From: Verrucomicrobiia bacterium
GTDB lineage: Bacteria > Verrucomicrobiota > Verrucomicrobiia > Limisphaerales > JADLHS01
Reading direction: 5' to 3'
Length of the DNA: 64,000 nucleotides
NCBI GenBank assembly: GCA_011525685.1
Contig: WYBW01000009.1
Location: 8,369 to 72,368, forward strand
Both the position numbers and the translations under genes were made by a program. Positions 28,335 to 38,588 of the stretch are shown in pieces (position 1 is the stretch's first letter; each line of letters begins with the position of its first letter). The notes beneath the pieces were generated by a model. It ran no database searches and had not been told where the DNA came from. It saw only the letters and a list, made by a program, of their open reading frames with translations.

Positions 28335-28508
28335 TAACGCAAAGGCGCGAAGACGCAAAGGCGCAAAGCTGGAGCGCGGCTGTGGTCGCAGACCCAATCG
28401 CAGTCTTGGGAACGGGCGAGCGTGCCGTGGGTGGTGCTCCGCACACAGTCGCGCTCCCATTCTGAGGTGTTGCGTCTTTGCATCTTCGCGTCTTTGCGTC
28501 TCTACGTT
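28335..28508. repeat. Nested repeats in the thrS 5' region
   Basis: Outer AACGCAAAGGCGCGAAGACGCAAAGGCGCAAAG / CTTTGCATCTTCGCGTCTTTGCGT pair; inner GGAGCGCGGCTGTG...CACAGTCGCGCTCC pair at 28371-28457. Confidence 0.7.
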
Positions 28509-28521
28509 TCCTGGTGGAAAC

Positions 28522-28552
28522 AAAAACGCCCCGGACTTGCGGTCGGAGGCGT
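28522..28552 (-). terminator. Attenuator terminator hairpin upstream of thrS
   Basis: Minus strand ACGCCTCCGAC-CGCAA-GTCCGGGGCGT followed by a T run. Confidence 0.75.
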
Positions 28553-28580
28553 GGGCGTCCATCTCGTTCGAGACGAACGC

Positions 28581-28619
28581 TTAAATCGTCGTGGATGTGT
28601 TCCGGGTTTGTTCGCCCAT
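28581..28619 (-). promoter_or_regulatory. Thr-rich leader peptide MGEQTRNTSTTI of a thrS attenuator
   Basis: ATG GGC GAA CAA ACC CGG AAC ACA TCC ACG ACG ATT TAA (4 of 12 codons Thr), followed directly by a hairpin and the terminator. Confidence 0.75.
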
Positions 28620-28816
28620 CACGCCGGAAAGGTAAGGGAGCGCCTCATGGCTGGCAATTGGATTTCGAGGGGATTCCGGTTCGCTTCTAAATTGTAGCGC
28701 GGCGAACTCTTGATTCTCACGTCCGGATTTTTTCCTTGTCTGTCCGCGTGGGTTCGGCGTGAGTGGTGAGGTTCATGCCCTTGCAGCAGCCAGCTTTGAA
28801 GGTAAAGCCAGCCGGA

Positions 28817-30304
28817 ATGCTGGCCACGGAGAGTCCGATGCGCGACCTGGAGGCGATCATCCGGTCGCGCACGCCGTTGATTGCCGTGGAGAGCAACGAG
28901 GAACCGCAGATCGTGAGTCTGGTGCGCCAGATCGGCGGGCGGCTGCAGATCAAGGCCTATAGCTGGACGGTGACGGAGGGTTTGCGGGCGTTCGACGCGT
29001 GCGACCAGCCCCCGCAATCGGTGCTCAAGTCGCAGGACGTCCTCAACTACATCAAGACCACCGCCAAACATTCGTTGTTCGTGTTGCTGGATTTTCACCC
29101 CTACCTGGAGGACGCGCTTCACGTCCGGTATTTGAAGGACATCGCGCTGACCCAGGCAAAGCATTACTCGACCGTGGTGCTGGTGGGTCACACGGTGCGG
29201 GTGCCCGAGGAGTTGCGGCCTTTCACGGCGAGCTTCCGCCTTCCCTTGCCAACGATCGAGGAACTGCGGGCGATTGTCTTCGAGACGGCCGCCGAGTGGG
29301 GCGCCCGGCACGGCCAGCGCGACGTCCAGACCACCAACAAGGCGCTCGACCTGCTGGTGCGCAACCTGGCCGGACTCACGGCCACTGACGCGCGCCGGCT
29401 CGCCATCAAAGCAATCGCGGATGACGGCGTGATCGCCGAGTCGGACATGCCCGAAGTGATGCGGGCCAAATACGAATTACTGGGCCGCGACGCGCCGTTG
29501 TCATTTGAGTACGAAACGGCAAAGTTTTCCGAGATTGGCGGGATGCAGCGTCTGCGGAAGTGGTTGGAAGTGCGGAAGAGTTTTTTTGCCGGCGGGCCGC
29601 AGCCGAACCTCGATCCGCCGCGCGGCGTGTTGTTGCTGGGCGTGCAGGGTTGCGGCAAGAGTCTCGCGGCCAAGGCGGCGGCGGGGATTTACGGTGTGCC
29701 GTTGCTGCGGCTGGATTTCGGCGTGCTTTACAACAAGTACTATGGCGAGACCGAACGCAATCTCCGCAAGGCGCTGGAAACCGCGGAAGTCATGTCGCCC
29801 TGCGTGCTCTGGATGGACGAGATCGAAAAGGGTCTCTCCACGAGCGATGACGACGACGGCCTGTCGCGGCGCATTCTTGGCGCGCTGCTCACCTGGATGT
29901 CGGAGCGGCGCAAACCCGTGTTTGTGGTCGCGACGGCCAACGACATCAGCCGCCTGCCGCCGGAGATGGTGCGCAAGGGACGCTTTGACGAGATCTTCTT
30001 CGTGGATCTGCCGTCCGCGGCCAACCGGCGAAACATCCTGGAGATTCACCTGCGGAAACGCAGCCTGGACCCGGTGCGCTTCGAACTCGATGCGCTGACG
30101 GAGGCCACCGAGGGATTTTCCGGATCGGAGATCGAGCAGGCCATCGTGTCGGCGATGTACACCGCGCATGCCCAGGGTCGTGAAGTGTCGCAGGAGGATT
30201 TGCGGGATGAGGTCCGGCAGACCCGACCGTTGTCGGTGGTCATGGCCGAACAGGTGGAAGCGTTGCGACAGTGGGCCGCGGATCGCACAGTGCCCTGTGA
30301 CTAG
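28817..30304 (+). CDS. AAA+ ATPase (Ycf46-like)
   Basis: Walker A GVQGCGKS, Walker [13 protein letters not shown] and RKGRFDE; degenerate N-terminal AAA domain with DFH. Confidence 0.9.
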   Translation: MLATESPMRDLEAIIRSRTPLIAVESNEEPQIVSLVRQIGGRLQIKAYSWTVTEGLRAFDACDQPPQSVLKSQDVLNYIKTTAKHSLFVLLDFHPYLEDALHVRYLKDIALTQAKHYSTVVLVGHTVRVPEELRPFTASFRLPLPTIEELRAIVFETAAEWGARHGQRDVQTTNKALDLLVRNLAGLTATDARRLAIKAIADDGVIAESDMPEVMRAKYELLGRDAPLSFEYETAKFSEIGGMQRLRKWLEVRKSFFAGGPQPNLDPPRGVLLLGVQGCGKSLAAKAAAGIYGVPLLRLDFGVLYNKYYGETERNLRKALETAEVMSPCVLWMDEIEKGLSTSDDDDGLSRRILGALLTWMSERRKPVFVVATANDISRLPPEMVRKGRFDEIFFVDLPSAANRRNILEIHLRKRSLDPVRFELDALTEATEGFSGSEIEQAIVSAMYTAHAQGREVSQEDLRDEVRQTRPLSVVMAEQVEALRQWAADRTVPCD

Positions 30305-30379
30305 CCGGGCGGAGAATTCAATCGAAGGAATTGAAACAAGGGCTTGTGCCGGTGATTCGGCTGCGCTAAAGTTCGCACC

Positions 30380-32545
30380 ATGAAGCCCCGGGCAGTTCGA
30401 CGCATCCGGTTTGGTGCAGCGGCAGGCGATTTTCTCAATCGCCGGTCGTGCGGCCTGCTGGTTGCGTTGGCCGTCCTGACAGCGATGCCACTGGCCCAGG
30501 GATCGGAGACATCCGCCGTTTCCCAATTTCGCAAGGAGATTGAGCCGATTTTGATCAGTTACTGCTACGACTGTCACGGCGACGGTCTGGCGCGAGGGAA
30601 CGTCGCCTTCGACGAATTGAAAACGGATGAGGCCCTGCTGGATCATGAACTGTGGCTGAAGGTTTTGAAAAACGTGCGGGCCAACATCATGCCGCCGGAG
30701 AAGAAGGCCCGTCCGAATGACGAGGAACGCGAACGGCTCGAGCAATGGATCAAGGTTTCCGCCTTCGGACTCGACTTGCAGAATCCGGACCCGGGCCGGG
30801 TGACCGTGCGGCGGCTAAACCGCGTGGAGTATCGCAACACTGTCCGCGACCTGACCGGCGTGGACTTCCGCGTCGAGTTGGAATTTCCACCCGACGACAG
30901 CGGGCACGGCTTCGACAACATCGCCGATGTGTTGACCTTGCCGCCCATGTTGTTGGAAAAGTATTTCGAGGCGGCCAAGAGCATCGTGGCCCGGGCCGTG
31001 CCGGACGCGCCGGGCGGGCGGAACTACGAGCGGTTCTTCGGCAAGGCGCCGGCGGCCACGGCCGAGGCGCGGCGCGCGCATGCCCGGGAAGTGCTGGGGA
31101 ATTTCGCCCGCCGAGCCTTCCGCCGCCCGGTGGACGACAAGACCCTCGATCGTCTCACGGCGCTGGCCGAAAGCATTTATTCCCAACCCGGAAAGACTTA
31201 CGAGGCTGGAGTGTCGCAAGCGATGGTGGCGGTGCTGGCCTCGCCACGGTTTCTGTTTCGCGAGGAAGGGACAGAGCAGGTTAACAAGCCGAACGAACAT
31301 CCGCAGGTGGATGAATACGCGCTGGCTTCCCGGCTGTCCTATTTCCTTTGGTCCACGATGCCTGACGAGGAGTTGTTCCGGCTGGCCGCCGAGGGTTCGC
31401 TCCGGAAGAACCTTTCCGCGCAAGTCAAACGGATGCTCGCCGACCGGCGCTCCGAGGCGTTGACCCGAAATTTTGCCGGTCAATGGCTGCATACCCGCGA
31501 CATCGAGAACATCCCCATCGAGGAACGGGCGGTGCTGGCGCGGGAAGATGGGCCGAATACGGACCGCGAGCGCAATCGCCGGCGATTCCGCGAGTTGCGC
31601 GACAAGCCCGAGGAAACCCTGACGCCGGAGGAAAAGGAGGAGCTGGGAAGACTCCGCGCCGCGTTCCGGACCGCCGGCCAACCGCGCGTCGAGATGACCG
31701 GGGAACTCCGCCGGGCGATGCGCCAGGAAACCGAGAGAACCTTCGAGTACATCCTCAAGGAAGACCGCAGCCTTTTGGAACTGCTGGACAGCGATTACAC
31801 CTTCCTCAACGAACGGCTGGCGAGGCATTACGGCATCGAAAATGTCACCGGCAACGAAATGCGCCGCGTCATCCTCCCGGCCGACAGCCCGCGAGGCGGG
31901 GTGTTGGGGCAGGGCACAATTCTGGCCGTGACCTCGAATCCGACGCGCACTTCGCCCGTCAAACGCGGCGTGTTCATCCTGGAAAACATTCTGGGGCTGC
32001 CGCCGCCCCCGCCGCCGCCGGACATTCCGCCGTTGGAAGACGCGGCCCGGAACACCGGCGGCCGCACGCCAACGTTGCGGGAGGTGCTGGCGGTGCATCG
32101 CGAGCAGCCCTTGTGCAGTTCGTGTCACAACCGCATGGACCCCCTCGGGCTGGCGTTTGAGAATTTCAATGCCATGGGCATGTGGCGCGACCAGGAATAC
32201 GGACAGCCGATTGACGCCGCCGGCAAACTGGTCACCGGGGCGGCGTTTTCCAACGTGCGGGAGTTGAAACGGATTCTGGTCACGCAACATCAGCTTGATT
32301 TTTACGCCGCCTTGACCGAGAAGCTGATGACTTACGCACTGGGCAGAGGGGTTGAGTATTACGACGTTGAGACGGTGGACCAGATCGTGGCCCGGATGGT
32401 GAAAGCCGATGGCCGGCCATCCGCCTTGTTGATGGGCATCGTCGAGTCCGCGCCGTTTCAGAAAACCAGAAACTTGAACGCGCCAAAAACCGCCGAAACC
32501 CCCCGGCCTGTCCAACAGCGGGCCCAAGCCAGAACCACGCCATGA
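30380..32545 (+). CDS. DUF1592/1587/1588/1595/1585 multi-domain protein with two heme-c motifs
   Basis: CYDCH and CSSCH; RRLNRVEY.NT.RDL, LASRLSYFLW, TSPVKRG. Start may lie downstream. Confidence 0.9.
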   Translation: MKPRAVRRIRFGAAAGDFLNRRSCGLLVALAVLTAMPLAQGSETSAVSQFRKEIEPILISYCYDCHGDGLARGNVAFDELKTDEALLDHELWLKVLKNVRANIMPPEKKARPNDEERERLEQWIKVSAFGLDLQNPDPGRVTVRRLNRVEYRNTVRDLTGVDFRVELEFPPDDSGHGFDNIADVLTLPPMLLEKYFEAAKSIVARAVPDAPGGRNYERFFGKAPAATAEARRAHAREVLGNFARRAFRRPVDDKTLDRLTALAESIYSQPGKTYEAGVSQAMVAVLASPRFLFREEGTEQVNKPNEHPQVDEYALASRLSYFLWSTMPDEELFRLAAEGSLRKNLSAQVKRMLADRRSEALTRNFAGQWLHTRDIENIPIEERAVLAREDGPNTDRERNRRRFRELRDKPEETLTPEEKEELGRLRAAFRTAGQPRVEMTGELRRAMRQETERTFEYILKEDRSLLELLDSDYTFLNERLARHYGIENVTGNEMRRVILPADSPRGGVLGQGTILAVTSNPTRTSPVKRGVFILENILGLPPPPPPPDIPPLEDAARNTGGRTPTLREVLAVHREQPLCSSCHNRMDPLGLAFENFNAMGMWRDQEYGQPIDAAGKLVTGAAFSNVRELKRILVTQHQLDFYAALTEKLMTYALGRGVEYYDVETVDQIVARMVKADGRPSALLMGIVESAPFQKTRNLNAPKTAETPRPVQQRAQARTTP

Positions 32546-33939
32546 AAACAAAACACCTCCCCACCGAAGTCCTCGCCGCCCAGCGCGCCGCCAGTTTCAG
32601 CCGTCGGAACTTCCTGCGGGGCTTGGGCGCCTGTGTGGCGCTGCCGGCCTTCGAGTCGCTGCTCCCGCTCAAGTCGCTGGCCGCCGCCGGTGGTCAGATG
32701 GGCGTCACGCCGACGGGTGCGCCCCTGCGCGCAGCCTTCGTTTACATCCCGAACGGGACCATCCCCGAGGCCTGGTGGCCAAAGACCGAGGGCGCCGATT
32801 TTGAACTGAGCCGCACGTTGCAGCCGCTCGAGTCCTGCAAATCGCAGATCCAGGTGCTCGGCGGGTTGGATCACCGGAACGCCACCGCCGGCCCGGATGG
32901 CGCGGGCGACCATGCCCGGGCCAATGGCACCTTCCTCACCGGTGTGCGCATGAAGAAGAGCGCCACCGACATTCGCGCCGGCATTTCGATTGACCAGGTC
33001 ATCGCCCGGGAGATCGGGCATCTGACCCGGTTTCCGTCGCTGGAACTTTCGTGCGAGAAGGAACGACGTTCCGGGGCCTGCGATTCAGGCTATTCCTGCG
33101 CCTATCAATTCAACCTGGCCTGGAGTTCGGCGACCACGCCCATGACGCCGGAGGCCAATCCGCGTCTCGTGTTCGAGCGGCTGTTCGGCGCCGGCGCCCC
33201 CGGCGAACGGGCTGAGAACCTCCGGCGCCGGCAGCAGGAACAGCGATCCATCCTGGACTTCGTTCTCGAAGACGCGCGCAGCATGCAACAGCGGCTTCCC
33301 TCGGGCGACAAGGCCAAGCTGGATCAATACCTCACCGGCGTGCGTGACATCGAAACGCGCATCGAGAAGGCCGAACGCTTCGGCAAGGTCGAGGACCCCG
33401 GTGTGGAGACTCCCGAGGGCATTCCCGCCAGTTACGCCGAGCACATGCAGCTCTTGTTCGACATGCTGGTGCTAGCGTTTCAGACGGATTCCACCCGCGT
33501 CGCCACCTTCCTGCTCGCCCACGACGGCAGCAACAAGTCGTTTGCGGACATCGGCGTGCCGGAAGGGCATCATGACCTGTCGCACCACATGGAGGACGCC
33601 GAGAAAATCCGGAAGCTCGAGCAGATTGATCTGTGGTACGCCAGGCAGTTTGCGAAGTTCCTCGAGAAGCTGCAGAGCACGAAGGATGTGGACGGCAACT
33701 CGCTCCTGCACAACTCGATGATCGTTTATGGCGGCGGCAATGCCGACGGCAACCGTCACACGCACCACAACCTGCCCATCATCCTGGCCGGCGCGGGCGG
33801 CGGCGCGTTGACGCCGGGCCGCTACGTCAAGCACGGGGCCAAGCCCGCGAGCAACCTCTTCCTCTGCATGGCCGATCGCATGGGGGTGAAGGGATTGGAG
33901 CGCTTTGGTGATTCGACCGGGCGGCTGGGGAATGTTTGA
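32542..33939 (+). CDS. DUF1552 family protein with Tat signal
   Basis: SRRNFLRG; SIDQVIA, NP...FERLF, HH.LSHH; overlaps the upstream stop (ATGA). Confidence 0.9.
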   Translation: MKTKHLPTEVLAAQRAASFSRRNFLRGLGACVALPAFESLLPLKSLAAAGGQMGVTPTGAPLRAAFVYIPNGTIPEAWWPKTEGADFELSRTLQPLESCKSQIQVLGGLDHRNATAGPDGAGDHARANGTFLTGVRMKKSATDIRAGISIDQVIAREIGHLTRFPSLELSCEKERRSGACDSGYSCAYQFNLAWSSATTPMTPEANPRLVFERLFGAGAPGERAENLRRRQQEQRSILDFVLEDARSMQQRLPSGDKAKLDQYLTGVRDIETRIEKAERFGKVEDPGVETPEGIPASYAEHMQLLFDMLVLAFQTDSTRVATFLLAHDGSNKSFADIGVPEGHHDLSHHMEDAEKIRKLEQIDLWYARQFAKFLEKLQSTKDVDGNSLLHNSMIVYGGGNADGNRHTHHNLPIILAGAGGGALTPGRYVKHGAKPASNLFLCMADRMGVKGLERFGDSTGRLGNV

Positions 33940-34227
33940 CGCCGGTTTGACGCGCCTCCACGGCGGGTTGCAAATCTGTGAAAGAAAGGTCGCTCGCAGA
34001 TTGAACACGAGGTGGCGGGAGTCATCCGCCGAATCGTCTTGACCCAACCGGCTCATACTTTTGCGGCCGTCTCTGGCAGTCAACGAGCCAAAGCCCGGAT
34101 GCATCGTTGCAAATGCTTTCGGCACCCAAATTAGCGCCGGGTTTGCTGAGACTGTCGCAGTCCTCCCGGAACCACGCTGAAACATTTTTCCTCCCGCCGG
34201 CGTCTTTCCCTGTCGTATGATGCACGC

Positions 34228-36453
34228 ATGACGCGCGGCAAACCCATCTGGCTCGTGCCATTGTTCCTGGCCCTGCTGGTCGGCGGGGCGGGCTGGTGGG
34301 CCGACCGCCAGTTGCGCCGCACGATTCAACAGGAACTGCGCGGCGATTTGCAGTCCACCCTCGAAGCCAACGTCACCGCGCTGGAAATCTGGATGGAAAA
34401 CCAGCAGCGCATCGCCGCCGCCCTGGCCGGCGAACCGCGCTTCCGGGCCGTGGCGCTCGAATTGTTCGAGCGTTCCGCCACCGGCCTGACGAACCGCACC
34501 GCGTTCGCCGAGTGGTCGCGGCAGGCGATTGCCCGCGAACAACTGGCGGACCGGTTGCGCACGCTCGGCTACGGCATGGCGCACCTGGTCAGCACCAATC
34601 TTACGGTGATCGCCGACACGGGACGTGGTCGCGGCCGCTTGGGCGAACAGGTGTTCGAGGAATTGCAGTCGAAGTATCAGGAGTTGTTCGCCACCGGAGA
34701 GCCGATCCTCATCACCCCGTTCAAGCTCAGACCTCCGGAGAACCAGCGCCGCCCACCGCCGCCACCCGGCGAGGGACCTCCTCCTGTCAGGTTCGGGCCT
34801 CGCCTGGACGGCACCAACGCTCCCGGGACAACGCGCCGGGAATTCCGTCCCTTCCGCGATCTGGCCGTCATGCAGGTGTCGGCGCCGGTGAAGGACGACC
34901 AGGGCCACACCCGCGGCGCGCTTTCGCTCCTCCTGAATCCGGACGCGGAATTCTCCCGCATCCTTTCGGTGGCGCGCTCGGACGAATCCGGCGAAACCTT
35001 CGCCTTCGACGCGGATGGCCTCATGATTTCCAAAAGTCGCTTCGACGAACAGTTGAAGAAACTCGGGCTCTTGAAGGACGAGCCGGGAACCGTCTCGGCG
35101 TTGACACTCCAATTGCGCGACCCGGGCGGCGATTTGACACGAGGCTTCGAGGCCGGCACGAATTCCACCTGGCCGCTCATCCACATGGTCGAACAGGCCA
35201 TCGCTGGCGGCGCCGGCGTGGAGGTCGAGCCGTTCCGGGATTATCGCGGCGTGCCGACGGTGGGCGCGTGGCGCTGGCTGCCGAAATACAGTTTCGGCGT
35301 GGGCACCAAACTGGACGCCCGCGAAGCCTACCGGCCCCTGCGCCTGGTGCGGAACGTGTTCTCGATCCTGTTTCTGCTGCTGATCCTGTCGTCAGTGGTG
35401 ATTCTGCTGTTGTCCTTTCTGCAAGTGGTCTGGCGGCGACGGGTGACGGAGGCGGAATTGAAGGCGCGGCAACTCGGCCAATACCAGCTTTCGGAGAAGA
35501 TTGGCGCGGGCGGCATGGGCGTGGTTTACAAGGCTCATCACGCATTGCTGCGACGTGAGACGGCCATCAAATTGTTGCTGCCGGACAGGGCGGATCGCGA
35601 CGCCATCGCGCGCTTCGAGCAGGAGGTCCGCCTGACCTGTCGCCTGACGCACCCGAACACGATCCAGGTCTTCGATTACGGCCACACGCCCGACGGGATC
35701 TTCTACTACGCGATGGAATATCTCGACGGATTGAACCTGCACGACTTGGTTCATCGCTACGGTCCGCAGCCGCAGGAGCGCGTGGTCCACATCCTCCGGC
35801 AAATCTGCGAATCACTGACCGAGGCGCACGGCGTGGGCCTGATTCATCGCGACATCAAGCCGGCGAACGTCTTTCTGTGCGACCGCGGCGGTGTGCCGGA
35901 CATTGTGAAGGTGCTCGATTTCGGCTTGGTGAAACAGATCAACGTCCAGGCGGACCAACCCGTCCTGCTGGAAACACCCGGCGCGGATGGCATCGTGGGC
36001 ACGCCCAACTTCATCGCGCCGGAAGCCATCCGCGACTGCAACCAGGCTGACGCGCGCAGCGACATTTATTCACTGGGCGCGCTGGGTTATTTCCTGCTGA
36101 CCGGCAAGGAGGTTTTCGACGGCGACACCATCGCGGAACTGTGCCGCAAGCATTTGGACGAGCTTCCCGAGCCGCCCGGAAAGCGCGCGGGAAAGGCCAT
36201 TGCTCCGGAACTGGAAACACTGTTGATGCGCTGCCTCGAGAAAAACCCGGCCGCCCGACCGCAATCCGCGGCTGAAATGTCGGAGCTATTGAGCGCGTGC
36301 CGGCTGCCCGAGGTTTGGACGCGGGAACGGCGTGCGGCTTGGTGGACCGAACATCGCCAGAAGACCACCACCCTGATCGAACCCGTCTTCCAAGCTGAGC
36401 CGGCCCAGAGCCCCAAGACTGTGAGGATTGAATTTGCCGATCGCACACCTTGA
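34228..36453 (+). CDS. Membrane Ser/Thr kinase with extracytoplasmic Cache-like sensor
   Basis: Two TM segments around a domain with DYRGVPTVGAW; kinase motifs GAGGMG, HRDIKPAN, DFG, APE. Confidence 0.92.
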   Translation: MTRGKPIWLVPLFLALLVGGAGWWADRQLRRTIQQELRGDLQSTLEANVTALEIWMENQQRIAAALAGEPRFRAVALELFERSATGLTNRTAFAEWSRQAIAREQLADRLRTLGYGMAHLVSTNLTVIADTGRGRGRLGEQVFEELQSKYQELFATGEPILITPFKLRPPENQRRPPPPPGEGPPPVRFGPRLDGTNAPGTTRREFRPFRDLAVMQVSAPVKDDQGHTRGALSLLLNPDAEFSRILSVARSDESGETFAFDADGLMISKSRFDEQLKKLGLLKDEPGTVSALTLQLRDPGGDLTRGFEAGTNSTWPLIHMVEQAIAGGAGVEVEPFRDYRGVPTVGAWRWLPKYSFGVGTKLDAREAYRPLRLVRNVFSILFLLLILSSVVILLLSFLQVVWRRRVTEAELKARQLGQYQLSEKIGAGGMGVVYKAHHALLRRETAIKLLLPDRADRDAIARFEQEVRLTCRLTHPNTIQVFDYGHTPDGIFYYAMEYLDGLNLHDLVHRYGPQPQERVVHILRQICESLTEAHGVGLIHRDIKPANVFLCDRGGVPDIVKVLDFGLVKQINVQADQPVLLETPGADGIVGTPNFIAPEAIRDCNQADARSDIYSLGALGYFLLTGKEVFDGDTIAELCRKHLDELPEPPGKRAGKAIAPELETLLMRCLEKNPAARPQSAAEMSELLSACRLPEVWTRERRAAWWTEHRQKTTTLIEPVFQAEPAQSPKTVRIEFADRTP

Positions 36454-36568
36454 CCGGGTCCGCCGACGGCATGGTTCAGGCAGTCGGTTTCGGCCACTGG
36501 AAGCACCATCCTGCCCCCGCGCCACCCTTGATTGAGCCAGTCGGAAGTCCTCTGGATGCCGCGAACGA

Positions 36569-37672
36569 TCAAATATTCTCCGCAATGCTCGGCGGGGGTT
36601 GGTAGGCGCTTTGTCGCTCCGGCGGAAGGGCGCTCTCCTCGGCGGCCAGGACCCGGTAGTTGCGAATTTGAAGGGACACGGCCTTTCCGTCCTCCAAGCC
36701 CAATTGCGCGTATTCCTCCTTGGTCATGCGGCTGCGCAACACAAGTCCCGAGCCCAGCTCAAATTCCAGGCGCAGCATGATGCCCAAGAAATACGTCCGG
36801 ATCAAAACGGCCCGATAAGGATACAGATTCACGTCCGGGGAAACCTGCACGGCATAGGGCCGGAAACCAATCCGCAGCCGGGCGCCGTCCGGCTGGTCGC
36901 CCGCGGCGAATTGCAGCTCGCCCACCCGGGCCACGCCATCTTTCACCTCCGCTTCGAGCACGTTCATCACGCCCACGAACCGCGCCACGAATTCATTGGC
37001 CGGTTGCTCATAAACTTCACGGGGCGTGCCAAGCTGTTCGAGATCGCCCTTGGAAAAAATCACGATGCGATTCGAAACCTCCATCGCCTCCTCCTGGTCG
37101 TGCGTGACGAAAATGGTCGTCACGCTCAGTTCATGATGCAGCGTAACCAGCCATTCGCGCAGCTCCTGTCGAATCTTGGCGTCCACGGCGCCGAACGGTT
37201 CGTCCAACAGCAGCACGCTGGGTTTGGGCGCGAGGGCGCGGGCGATGGCCACGCGCTGGCGTTGACCGCCGGAGAGTTGATGGGCGTAACGTTTCTCCAG
37301 TCCTTCCAGTCCCAGCAGCTTCACCAACTCGGCCACGCGCGCCTTGATGTCACGGCGTTTCCATTTCTTGATCTTGAGGCCGAAGGCGATGTTCTTGAAC
37401 ACGTTCATGTTCTTGAACAGGGCGTAATTCTGGAACACGAAACCAATGTTGCGTTGTTGCACGGAGAGGTCGTTCACCCGCTGGCCTTGGATGAAAATGT
37501 CCCCGGAGGTGGGCTCTTCCAGGCCGGCGATCATGCGCAACACGGTGGTCTTGCCGCCGCCACTGGGCCCGAGCAGCGCCATCAACTCGCCCTCCTTCAC
37601 GGAAAAGGAGACGTTGTTGACGGCGGCCACCGCGCCAAACTGCTTGGTGATGTTTCTCAGTTCGATGCTCAT
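36569..37672 (-). CDS. cysA: Sulfate ABC transporter ATP-binding protein
   Basis: GPSGGGKT, LSGGQRQR, LLLDEPF and a C-terminal TOBE-like region; start MSIEL overlaps the cysW stop. Confidence 0.92.
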   Translation of the reverse strand: MSIELRNITKQFGAVAAVNNVSFSVKEGELMALLGPSGGGKTTVLRMIAGLEEPTSGDIFIQGQRVNDLSVQQRNIGFVFQNYALFKNMNVFKNIAFGLKIKKWKRRDIKARVAELVKLLGLEGLEKRYAHQLSGGQRQRVAIARALAPKPSVLLLDEPFGAVDAKIRQELREWLVTLHHELSVTTIFVTHDQEEAMEVSNRIVIFSKGDLEQLGTPREVYEQPANEFVARFVGVMNVLEAEVKDGVARVGELQFAAGDQPDGARLRIGFRPYAVQVSPDVNLYPYRAVLIRTYFLGIMLRLEFELGSGLVLRSRMTKEEYAQLGLEDGKAVSLQIRNYRVLAAEESALPPERQSAYQPPPSIAENI

Positions 37673-38565
37673 TCTGGTTGGCGGCCCACGGCGGCTTCCG
37701 TTGCGGACACCTGGGCATTCTGATATTCCCGCTGCTGCTTCCATTCCAGCAGCGTTTTGAGACCCAACGTCACCAGCGCCAGCAACGCCAGCAGACTGGC
37801 CACCGCGAATGCCGCCGGGCCTTGATACTCGTTGTAGAGCTTTTCGACGTGCAAGGGCATGGTGTTCGTGACGCCCGAGACGTGGCCGCTCACGACCGAA
37901 ACCGCGCCGAATTCGCCCATCGCGCGCGCGTTGCACAGGATGATGCCATAAAGCAATCCCCACTTCACGCTCGGCAAAGTCACGTGCCAAAAGGTCCGCC
38001 AGGCGCCCGCGCCCAGGGTCAAGGCGGCTTCCTCCTGCTCGCGGCCCGTCGCCTGCATCACGGGAATCAACTCGCGCGCGACAAACGGGAACGTGACAAA
38101 GATGGTGGCCAGCGCAATCCCGGGCACGGCAAAGATGATCTGGATGTCGTGCCGGTCCAGCCACGGGCCGAGATAACCCTGCAAGCCGAACATGATCACG
38201 TAGATCAACCCGGCCACCACCGGCGAAACGGCGAACGGCAGATCAATGAGGGTGATCAGCAGTGATTTGCCGCGGAACTCGAACTTGGCGATGGCCCAAG
38301 CCGCGCAGACGCCGAACAGCGTGTTCAGCGGCACGACGATGGCGGCGATTTGCAGCGTCAGTTTGATCGCCGCGAGACTGTCGGGTTCGCGCAGCGACGC
38401 CCAATACAACTGCCAGCCCTTGGCCAGCGCCTGCGCGAACACGTTGATCAACGGCAGCAGCAGAAAGACCGCGAGAAACAGCCCGCACACGCCGACGAGC
38501 AGACCTTTGACCAGCGGCGATTCTTCCGTGCCGCGCTGGGACTTGGCGGTGGCGTCGCGATTCAT
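37669..38565 (-). CDS. cysW: Sulfate ABC transporter permease CysW
   Basis: DLPFAVSPVVAG, QEEAA.TLGA, ARAMGEFGAVSVVSG. Start could be 38586. Confidence 0.93.
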   Translation of the reverse strand: MNRDATAKSQRGTEESPLVKGLLVGVCGLFLAVFLLLPLINVFAQALAKGWQLYWASLREPDSLAAIKLTLQIAAIVVPLNTLFGVCAAWAIAKFEFRGKSLLITLIDLPFAVSPVVAGLIYVIMFGLQGYLGPWLDRHDIQIIFAVPGIALATIFVTFPFVARELIPVMQATGREQEEAALTLGAGAWRTFWHVTLPSVKWGLLYGIILCNARAMGEFGAVSVVSGHVSGVTNTMPLHVEKLYNEYQGPAAFAVASLLALLALVTLGLKTLLEWKQQREYQNAQVSATEAAVGRQPE

Positions 38566-38588
38566 TCTGGAAACATTGCCGCCCATGG

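Noticed and set aside
28320-28760. T-box riboswitch upstream of thrS
   Set aside because: No T-box consensus found; the leader-peptide attenuator explains the structure.
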